Shown one piece after another: positions 33,301 through 45,300 of a stretch of DNA of 64,000 nucleotides. Positions within the stretch are counted from its first letter, which is position 1. Each line of letters opens with the position of its first letter. The translations under genes were made by a program, and so were the position numbers. The DNA comes from Balanoglossus misakiensis (Eukaryota > Animalia > Hemichordata). Location: contig CM082576.2 of NCBI GenBank assembly GCA_040954595.2, positions 1,164,648-1,228,647 of the forward strand. The letters are read 5' to 3'. The notes beneath the pieces were generated by a model. That model was not told where the DNA came from. It did no database searches and saw nothing but the letters and a program-made list of their open reading frames with translations.

Positions 33301-36300
33301 ACCAATCTGAGATTGCTGCTCAGAACAACAATTCAGAGGACGGTAACTCTGACAGCGATGACTCAGTGGAAGAATGTTCAAGAGTGTGTATGTGTAAAGA
33401 ATGTCTTGCAAAGATCAGGATGCAGGCTAGTGTGGTAATGCTCATTTATTTCTATTGACAATTTTTCATATTAATTATATCAAGTATTGAGATTGACAGC
33501 ATAAATGGTACTTGTGTTGGTGTGTATGACATATAAATATAACTGTAACCATAGTAACAGCTAGACACACTTAAATGAGTGGTATAAGTTTATATCTAAT
33601 ATTTCATTTTTTGTTAAGCATTTTTTTAAATTGGCAGATGTTGTGTTTTTGAAAGTTCATGACCACTGCCTCCATACATCCGGCACTTGTCCATCCCTAC
33701 ACCTTCAGTTTCCTTTATATTTTTTTTTTTTTTTGGGGGGGGGGACATGTGCATGTTCAGATTGTGAGAGATACTTTAGTCAGAACATGGTTTTTGGAGT
33801 GAACGTGGTCTGAACAAAAGAAAGTGTCCTATTGATTGTCTAGAATAACACGGCTACGGAAAGTGTTTGTCAGGCTTTGTTTCTAATCCCCTGTTATTAT
33901 GACCAGCCTGTATCTGCACTCTTTTCATTGGTGTGGCAATACAATACTAGACGTACTGGACTCCATACGATCTGGACAGTGTTTATTTTGGCATTACATT
34001 GGTCATGGTAAACTCCATACTGTCTATTTCTGCTTGGTTCTCAAGATCTTCTACTCATCTGCTCATCTGAAGTTGAGGTTATTATTAAACTGTAGGGATT
34101 GCTTCATTTGTGGAAGTCTAATTTGTTTGAAACGGAAACATTTGTATACGTTTATGGAAATGGGTTCTCAGGAACCAGGATAATTTAAAGTGGATGATTC
34201 TAATACGGTACAGAGGTTCCATAGTACACGCTTAGACAGAATTCCTACAGAATTATAGCATTAGTGATTTTCTCATGACCATTGTACTGTATGTAATATA
34301 TTTGATTTGATTTGGGTATAGAGATTATTGTGACACGATTACTGTGGTCTTTCAATATTACATTACACAGTAATCCCATTTGATAAAAAATTGTTTGGAA
34401 TGAAATATGTCTTTGTATTAACGAAAAAAGTCAGATGGGTGAGGAAAATATTAATTCTCTGTGATTTAATGGTGATTTAAACTGGCTGGGAAATTGGAAG
34501 GAAACTGAGGAAATAATGGACTTGATTGAAAAAAGTATTGCCTGGCTGGATCTTTCATTTCGTTACCAGAGTGATCAATTATGGAAACTGACATTTCCAT
34601 CAAAGAATAACAAGGCTTATTACAGTGTCATATTACATTCCTATTAAAACTAGAAAGTAAAGTAGTTAGAAGAGGATCATTTCTTGGGATTGGATAGACT
34701 GACACATCTGTGACTCCAGCTCCTTGCTGACTGCATGGGTCTCCTTCTGAGTATAAGTCTCTAGTCGAGGACTGTAGCAAGCGTAGTAATCAGTGAGAGG
34801 CTAGTGTCACAACACAATCCAATGCCCACGCTCACCTGGGTTCTCTGCACCAGCAGCCCAGTTTGGAATAAAAGATTGGTACGGATTGGCACATATTTAG
34901 TGTTTGCATACATTTGCCATTTACACTGGAATGATTTGATTGTCAAGAGTTATTTATTTATGCATTCCATGTGCGCCATGCCCCCATCCAGTTCTGTTTT
35001 TTTTATTCATGAAAATGGTTAATAATTGTGCACACCTGTACTGACCCTGGCAGTCATTTCTGAAGACAAACTGATCTGCTGTTTGTCCCATACACATCCA
35101 GCCAGTCAAACAACGAGATCCTTGTCTCTATGACATCACCAAGAAGACTGAGCCTTGTACACATGTGCCAGCCCTCCATTGTAGTTCCACTCAAGAAGAT
35201 TGTTTGCAGAGACATTATGACGTTGTTAAGGAATTGGTGTCAAGTATCCACCAAGTAATAAGTTTACAATGCTGTGGAGGATGTCCACACATTCTTCACC
35301 ACATTTATCCTGATCTGTCATTATCATTGACACTACAGTGATGAAATTGACATGGTCCAATGGACCAAGACTGGAAAAAATGCTGTCTGTGGGACCCAAA
35401 TCTGGCATGGTATTATACTCAACACATAAGTCATATTTGTCCTTGGAAATTCATAAAATATATCAGCTTTTAATAAAATGGGCAAAGTATGTCATATTTT
35501 AGTGATTTTCTTCACTTTTGTTTCTCAGTCTGTTGTTTGACAGTCTTGACAGATCCGAATCTGTCAAGTCATTGAACTAGTATGGGCAAATAAATACATT
35601 GTCAAGATTCATTCTTAACAGAAACTGTATCGTGTGCTTAGAAACTCCCGCAAACTGCAATGCAATAAAGCTGCCAACTTTTCATACATTGCATATGCAT
35701 AATATGAAAGTGTAATATTCTTAGACAGTGTAATTCACTTATTTTTATGAAAGCAGATGGTGGGAGGATTAAGGTGTAGATAAGACCAAGATCTGAATGG
35801 TGTGAACACCTGATTTAGGAAGCAGCACAATAAAAAAGACTGTTTTAATCGCTGGTAATTCACTTTTAAATGAATGCTTTAACTTGCAGACAAAAGGAAA
35901 TGAAATTAGATTTCATCAGCAGACTTGTGCAGCATTACATCAATTGAACATCCATTCAGTGCAATTCATCTCTAGAGATTGTGTTATATTGACTGCATAA
36001 TCAACAATTCTGTAGAGATTTAATGTAATATTATAGTTCTTGGAAATATCTGATGAAATTTAATGTTGCCTACACAAAAGCTTTATGAAATATTTCCAGC
36101 AATAATGAGAGATTATGCATTGACGTCAATAGCTGCTATGCAAATATCATAAATTACTTTATTAAAGTGTCAAACCTTGAAGAGTAATGTGACTGGTATT
36201 GGAGTATAGCAATTTAATTTTCATAGCTTGGCAGTTTAATTGCAGTCATTACTAAATGAGGGTTATAGACTTAGTCTCTATGGAGTAAAACTGTTAAATT

Positions 36301-39300
36301 ACATGTACTTTCATTTTACTCTAAAATTGGTGATTAATTATTCATGGATTATGGGTCAAGAAATGTATCTCTATTATTAATGCTTTACAGTGAGCATAAT
36401 TTATTTTGCTGGAAGTGAGTTAAGTGTGAAAATTAAGGTGTATCAGATGGGATGATTGACCCCTTTTTCAAGAAATAACATACATTTTTCTCTGCTGGCT
36501 TAATAAACAAACCGGCAGTAGCTATCAGCACTGTTTACCTAGTTATTTACAAATACTGTAAAATATGTGATGCCTTTATGATCAGCAAAGAGAGAAGCTG
36601 GCGACATGACAGACAACCTGGATGTTCTCTTCTATAATCACATGGCGAACTGTATATAGTAGCTGCAAATAAACAGAACCATAAAACTTGAAAAACCAAA
36701 GCCAACACCAGATCGTTTCATTTGTGGGTCAGTGTACTTGGAAATCAATCCGAGAGTCAAGGTGTGGCACTTTCTCATTTTGCTTTGGTTCTTCCATAGA
36801 CCCTGGAGATTCCTCTTATCCCAGGGTAACCTAGGTCTTAGCCATAGTTTTCTACTGCCTTTGCTTTGAGAGCAAAGGTAGATAGGTATGGATAGGCCTA
36901 GGGTAAACTTCACACAATTAGTTATTCTGCAAAGATCCCTTGTGAACTACATACATGTACAATTGCTGGGAATCTTTATCAAATGAAAATCCCTCAAAGG
37001 AAACCATTGCGTTGACGTGACAGTACCTACATCATACATAATAGATGCGATGACATTGACTTACAGCTAAAAGCTCGCTACCAAACCAATGCTTTTACTA
37101 ATGTTCAAAATAGTCTAGGCTCAGTAGAATATGTACAGCATGTGGGGTCATTGTAGGGTTCATGAAAGTGGCCTAATTGACAAAGAGGACCAATGGACTT
37201 GTTGTGGTTAGTCTTTTCAGATAACCAGGCCAAACACAATAGTAGAGAGAGTAGGAATTGTCTGTATTTCACATCAATACAATTGTGTTGTCTGCTGTGA
37301 AGGTAATATTAGATTCCCAGTCGAGTCACCAATACTTCCAAGTGATCAAACTCTTGGGTGGGTAATCAAACTGACACAATTGTTCTCTGAAAACAACTTT
37401 GTTCTCAGTGCCCTAAATACTGACTGGATGTGGTATTGTTGAGCTCTATTATCAGAAAGCAAACATCCAAGTTTTGTGAACTTGTATTAAATGCCCCAGG
37501 CAATATTAAATCATGGAAGACAGCATATCATTCACAAATGCATTGTGAATGCAACGTCTTATAGTTGAATAATGCAGGCAAAGAAAACATGGAGTCAAGC
37601 CAAAAGATGTGAATGAATGCCCCTGAACTGACTTATATGATGACATTTAAACATAACAAGGTCATAAATCCCATTATATGCCATTGCTTTGAAGGGACCT
37701 AGTCCTAGGTCCTACCCATGGATGTGTCATTTCATTGTGCCATCTTTTATTTTCATGTTTTGGTTGTAATCACCTCCATTAGAACAACACTCCAGGTCCG
37801 GTTTATTGTGTGTGCACAGGGCTTATTCTAGCCATTGTCATCAGGGTTGCCAAGGTGTAGTCTATGCACTGCCAAACTTCGGAATGTTTTAACTCAGGTC
37901 TTTATAAATCCAGGCAACGAAGGTTGAGTTGTACACTCAGTAACCTGCGCATTGGAAAAAAATAGAACGTCACTCTCCATTGCACTGATTGACGGTTGTG
38001 ATGCCATGAAGCTGTGTTGAACTGATGAGTGAGTTTTAAATACACAAGGAAGCAGGCTTTGGGCATAACTATAAAAGCATAGCACCGTTGTCCATTTAAT
38101 TCTGACTAGATGGGTTACATTGTCTTCTCAATAACAGTATGAATTCCCACTTAACATCTTTGCCCTCCAGGTTCTCACACTGTAAAGTGTCTTGTGTTTA
38201 TTTGCCACTTCTGGGAGTTTCAAAAAAATCAAATCAGATGAGGTCACTCATGCTGTGAATAATCAACTCTTGTATTGAAAATATCATTAGTAAAATTCAA
38301 AGGTGATTTTGTTTCCGCTGATGTGGTTTGACATTTCTGTCAAATACAGACACTTGAACTTTTGAGAAACTCATTTCACGTATATATTCTGAGAATAGCC
38401 CTTCAAGTTAATTGTCACGGAAGTCATACAGTTATTCTGTGACATCAATACCAATTGTAGCTGCAAGGAATAATGTTCATTGAATGAGAGGAAACCACTT
38501 TTCTTTCATATTGTAATGCAGATTAAACATTTTACATTTTGTAGTCATTATGGATTGACTAAAGCGTGCATTAATTTTCAGCAGTAATTGCATTCAATTT
38601 TTTTTATGTCTGCGTTCTTAGAGGAGTGAATGCTTAGAATATTTATGTGAATCGCTATTTGTACAGGTACATGACTTGTAATCAATAAGATATTGTTATT
38701 GATCAAAGTGCACTTTGCTTTTGAAATCATTGGATTTGATTGAAGTTCTTCCAAGGGTTGATAGAAGTTGTCTGGTATAAAAATAAAGCATAAATTATCA
38801 TTTGGATTACTCCATTGAGTTTCTGAGCCCACAGTGACTACATTCATATTTTAAAAGATAATAACTGTCATAAAACCTATGTACATGTATGTGTGACATT
38901 GCTCATTACGACTTACATTATCAGCGATAAAAGTGACTGTTCATAGAATATGTTGACTATAACCAAAATGTTAAAGGTGAAGTGTTGGTAAAACAGCCAC
39001 TGCCCACAAGAATTTGAAAACAGACAATGTTGTTGAAACCATGAACTGTCTCAGTTCAAATACAGACAATAGCCCCTTGTGTTTTTATTCACATTCAAAT
39101 AGAGATCATTGTTGCCATGTGGGCGATATCTCAGATGGTCTGACGCACACAGTCAGAGCCCTTGCAGGTCACCAACAGGAATTATAGAGAATATGTTGGT
39201 ATGAAGTAGAAAAGAAGGTTTCTCGGTATTTTAGATGTCTATACATGTAGCTTTCAATTTTGAATTGATTCCAAGATATGGCAATAGCAGTCACTGGAGC

Positions 39301-42300
39301 CGAGTTTAAAAAAACCTCAGGCCTTTCAGACTCACAGTTACGATACACAAATAGTCTTTCTACCATTTCTATCTAGTAGCACACACAGGATTTTCAAACC
39401 AGAGCGAAAAATAAAATTCATGGAGAAACATGACATGGTGGCAGTTCCTTAAAGTCAGTCAACTGCCAATGATTGGGTTTAACATAGCCATTGCAGGACT
39501 GTATATTCCACCTTGACTGTTGTAACCTTGGCCCAATCATCTGAGGTTCACTGTCAGTGATTGACTTCAAGGTGATACCACTGGCACTACCTCAAGTTTC
39601 TCCATCTGATGCATTCTGCATTCTGTACTAAGAATTAGGTTCCATCTTCAGAATAATACTAACAGTAACTGGCATTTTTGGAGTAGGAGTTAATTTTGAT
39701 GGCATTTTCTCTGGCTTGAATTGATTCATTATATTTGATTATATCAGGTAAAAATGAGCAGAAGAAATGTCAGGGGGGGGGGAGGGTTCAGAGCTTCTGA
39801 AAAGTCAACTCAACTGCTGTCATTGAGTGTCTGATGACGTGGTCATTGAGTGTGTGGGCTGAATAGAAGTTGTCACAGCAAGAGGCAAGGTCACATCAGC
39901 TTGCTCACTTGATGGACTACAAAATAGTAAATTTGTGTAAAATCTTGAATGAAACGTGAAAATCTAATAAACAAAGCAATTAATGCAGCTTAGTTGTTCG
40001 AATTTGACTGAATGAATTGTCTTTTCTTTAGACTTGAGATAAAACATGTAAGTATTTAAAACCTCCCAGATGTAGGGATGAAGACTTCTGTAAACAGCAC
40101 ACAATGATTTGTAGGAAATGTTTTTTGTTTGTCAGGTCAAATTAGGTCACTGTCAACAGTTACCAAAACTTGACATTTACCATTTACATGTAGTCAACAG
40201 TCTACTTCTGATCTGACACGTTTTTTCCCACATTTGTGTATAGAGGGCGCTGTTTATCGGGTTGCACACTGCAGGGACAACTGGAGATGCACAAAGGAGA
40301 CCAATACATCATGGATAGATTGATATTTTAATGATAGAGATATTGACAATGACTTATTGTTATTCATACATTTTAATATTCATTAGACGTACAGCTGGGA
40401 CATAGCCTTGAGGTGCGACACCTGATAGGATTATAAATGTCTGGTAGATTTGAGCTGAATGGGTGTGACTGATTAATGTTACCAGAGTTTGGTAAAGATT
40501 GTATGAATTCCCTCACCAGCCCACTTCACAGACTTGTAGACAGTTGACTCGACTGGAAAATCCAGTGTTTGGGGGCGCTCACCCCTGTAAGTGCAGGCAG
40601 CGCCCTCAAACAACGGATTTTCCAGTCTTCAGCCCCTGATTCTTATACTTGTGGAGACTTCATATTCACAAAGTGTTTTTACCCATATTTTCCTCAACGA
40701 TTTTCATCAAGTTTGTCATTTTGCTTTTAGATCGCGCAGATACACAGCCTGTGCCACCATCTTGAATTGACTGAAACACAGAAAAAACTGTCTCCTTGTC
40801 TTGCAGTACTAAACAGAAACATATGAGACTTATGTTTACCAGTTGTTCCAGTAAATCAATAACTGCTGGTTGGCGACATTGACATTTTCACCCCCAGGAC
40901 CTCTACACAGTTTACATTACACTTGGGTTGTTTACTGTTGACCTTAAATTGAGCTGTGCAGATATCAGAGTCCTGAAAACTGCAGGATCAATCATTGACT
41001 TTGTTGATTATTGTATAAAGCCGTCATAAACAGTCATGACATTTACAAGTTCCATCTTTGTAGAGAATATAAAAGCCGACACGAACAGTATTCTATGAAA
41101 GACATATGTGACACTCGTCTCAAGATTGCTTCACAAATCAACCAAAACATTGCAGTCAGTATGTTTGCCTGCTGAGCAAAACCATGACAGCACATTTCTT
41201 ACAAAGTACACTGTGTTGTTTGATATTCGCTCATTTTTCATTGTGAAAGATTTATATCTTATGACATGTATCACTCCAAGGCATTTCGTGACCTCTTTAA
41301 GGTCATTTACACATTCATAAACATTTAAAATGATGTGACGTGAACTGCCACGTACAGTCACTGTGTGTGATCCATTCACTCTGAAACCATTTACCCACCT
41401 GCAGTCATCATGGTCATGGTTGAATGATCGATTTTTACCTCTGCTGCCTGACTGGCATATTTCTATATTTCTATGACAACAATCTCATGATCTGACTGCC
41501 ATTTCATTTCCACAAGTTTTCAAAGGTGCTTCATGAAGTTATGTAGGTTATAAAGTGGATAAATATATTCCAAGCATGGCCCACAGATCCAAGTGTTGAT
41601 TCCAGCACTTCAGAGATTTACACACCTGTCATGCTTTTAAAAAGAGTTTGATACACTGAATTCTTTGGCATCATAAAACAATTAAACAATAATGACCATG
41701 ATAAGGCATGTCAACACTTTGTCAGAAACTGAAAAGCACATTTTAACATGAATCATCAGGCAGTAATGACTTGCAGCATTTTAGTGTTTCAGAGAAATAC
41801 TGCTACTGGTCTCTTAGTTTGTTGATGGCAAACATTTGAAAGGCAATTAAATCTTGTTTTGTAAGTAAGCAATCACAAAACCATAAATTAATATGCATGT
41901 GTTCTTTTTGGCTGTCAAGGTGATAAGAAATCTGTAGACCATGGCAGAAGTGTTTTAATCTGTGTTAACTCCTTGAAGATGGGATAAAAATAGAACATGA
42001 AATGAGGTTAGAATCAAAGTCTTCACCAAGGTATTGTTTGATCAGCACTCAAGTATTTGCAGGGCTCATAAACAATGCAAATAAACAAGAATCCAGTAAA
42101 ATAAAATAGGTTTATTAAAATGGGTGCCTCACCAGTCCTCTGGGAATTTCCTTTTAAATGAAATACATATACCGGTAATGAAAATGCAGTCATATGGGCA
42201 ATTCAGTGACGTTTCCAAGTACAAATCTGTTTGACTCCCAACAGAAAATGTACAATCCGTTCGCAAGAACAGTCTTTGTTGCAGAGTTGGAGGGTATTCC

Positions 42301-45300
42301 ATTGGACAGGCTATCACATACACACATCTGTTAGTGCATTACAGACTAAGTATGGCAAAGCATAGGTTTATCGTAATCACGAGATCACATTAGTCCAATA
42401 TCAGTCTATAAAATTTGAAATAGGTAAACTTCACTGCCATTAATCATTCCAGGGACGGCTAACTTGTAGTCTAAAGGTTGAACATCACCACTGGCAGTAG
42501 TTAGAATCCCAGTTAGAAGGTTGTTTATTCCTACAAGAACATGATATTTACTCACGCATTACGTAGTTTTGTAGTATATTCAAATTGGTTGATTCTAATT
42601 ATCGTCACAGATGACGCACGTCATTTAATAAGTCATTCATTTTCACAGCTTCAAATATTGTAACCACAAGTTTAAAAAAATACTATTTTTATCTATTTTT
42701 AAATGTTACCCGGCAACCATCACCTGGCAACAAAAACGTTAATTGTATCTGAGAGATACTAGATATTAATAGTTCAGTTTTCTTGAAATTAATACTTTGA
42801 GATTAGAAATAATCTTACAGTAAAAAATCTTTGCTTTAGGGGGCTTAGTATGTGATGTTTATTATTAATTTTTTAAGAAGAGAAAAAGGTGTGAAGAGTT
42901 GTGTGAGCTTGAAATTTCTGGGAAATGGAAATAAAGCACGCACTATATGTTAAATTTGGTTTGAGACAATGGTGGTTATCCAAGATGAAACGTGATTTCT
43001 TGGTAAAACAACAAAGCAAGGATGCATTTCCGTCATTGAAGTTTAGGTTGACGTTTTAACCGCATCATCTTCAATCACTCACTCGGCTTTTGTGTACAGG
43101 TCACGACACACTCAATAATCATGCACTTAGGGAGGATTGATTTGGCACTCCCAGCATTCTCATTTTACGTACACGCCTTTATAGGAAGCGGCGTGTACTA
43201 GAAGACATTCACCCTCTGGTCTCCGTGCCGACTAGAATGTCTTAGCATATCAGGAACACATATAGGAAATCCTCTACTGTTGAACAGATGAGTACTGGAA
43301 CAGAAATAATCGCCATGATTACTGAAAACAAATCACTAACTGATGAAAACGAAATCATCTTGGAAAAATATAAGTATATTTCGGTTAAAAAGGATGACAG
43401 GTTTACCGAGGATAGTGGCACAAACCATGAAGAACTTCAGGTATGTTTATGTGATAGGTTCCTGTGTATATGTTCACCCTATATAAGGTTTATAGTGCGA
43501 CCACATATAGACGTAGGTCTATACATGCATATTATAAACCTACGGTTTACTGTGACAATGTGTAGAGTTTGAAACACATTGCTGACTCTTTCACTCAACG
43601 GTTATGGCCTGTGGGTATGTGTTTGTGATTTTATTAAACTTTAAAGTGATAGATACATATACACAATGATTGATGCTTGGTAGTTGGAGGAATTGAAATG
43701 TATTCGTAACACTTCTGGGCCTATGAAAAAGGGAAAGGCCTGGTTATTTTGACAAAACAAATGACATCATTGCATATTTCACTTCCTGCAAATCATACCA
43801 GTATTTTTCATCATATTTTTTGAAGACACGTTTGTGTGCTGGACGAATAGAACATTTTCATATGTAGCAGTTTCTCCACTTGATTTTTGTTTTATTATCA
43901 CATCCATATGATCGTTCACTGAAGCCAAAGTTACACTAAAATCTACCCAGTTGTACATGTACCAGTATGTGGGCATGTTGATGACTGCATGTAGGTACGG
44001 TAGTCTGTTTATAGCCACATATGGGTCCCCTTGAAGTGGTAACGGTTTTGTACAGACTGTTTACACAATGTGAAGTAGCAGCCACCTCTAGCTAATCTTA
44101 ACCTTGTTAGTTCAATTGGAGAGATAACTGTGTTTGAAGGAAGAATTAGTCCCAGCCTATGAGTGATGTTTTTCAAAATTCTAAAGTGTGCTTGCTGCCT
44201 GTTTGGTTGCATGTGCAGGGTGAAACAATGATTTACAAGACTTTGTTTTGATTACACAACCTAGGGCTGGATTTAGTCGAGCCTCGTACAGATTTGATAT
44301 ATAGCCACTGAATGCAGAGACCACTGTTGTCTGGAATGAGTTACATGTCATTAAACCAACTAGGACAATAGCGTACTGGATGTAGCATTATTAGCAAACT
44401 TTGACCCCCCTGGACGGATAATGGTTGTTGGACGTAGATTAGTGCACACACGGCTTCTGGAGGGAGTTACCCAACCATGAATAACAGAGGACCTCTGCTC
44501 TGTTCCTTTCTTAGGAAACAAAGCTGCTCAAATACCTTGACACTTTTAACCTGGCCGAAACTCCAATCTATAGTGTACGCTTTCATAACAACCAGACTCT
44601 TTCAGCTGCTAACTGACCTAAATTGTGCAAACAACCCAAAGAAGTCATAATGTTCTCTCTCCTTGACTTAAAAAATCAACAAATAAAAAAGTTTTGACGT
44701 CACAGTAGTGAGATGCTTGTCAACAGAAAAATTTAACTGTATCACTAATGCTACATAGTGCGAGATGGAGCGCAAGCTTCCCTTGTCAACCATGTGTTAT
44801 TTCCGAGACTGAAGGAAGTGAAAATTGGTGGTAATCGTCACATCTTGCTAATGGTGTCCCATTTCACATAAATTCTCCTCCACTCTCTGTAAATTCTACA
44901 TAATTTGATAAAATGATGTGATAATAAATGTTTAAAAGACACAACATTTCCTCAAGAGTGTTATAATTTATTAATAAGCGGAAAATAATATTTACCCCAG
45001 AGAGACAAATACATTTTATGCCATTTTTGCAGATAATTGGCTTTATTTTGTGAAGCTACAAATCCTAAGGTGCTTAATACTTTCAATAAATTGGTGAATT
45101 TCCTAGTTTAATGATAAATAATGAATTTTCTACAATCTACATCTTGGAGTTGTGACTGTTCTGTGATAGATCAGAATAATCTCCAGCTGATCTGGAGACG
45201 CTGACTTTGTCTGAATTTGATTATTGAAGACCTGTCCACCCATCCATCCTCTGTCCCCACCCACGCTGATATCCCCTTCAAAGACACCCTGACTTCGTCT

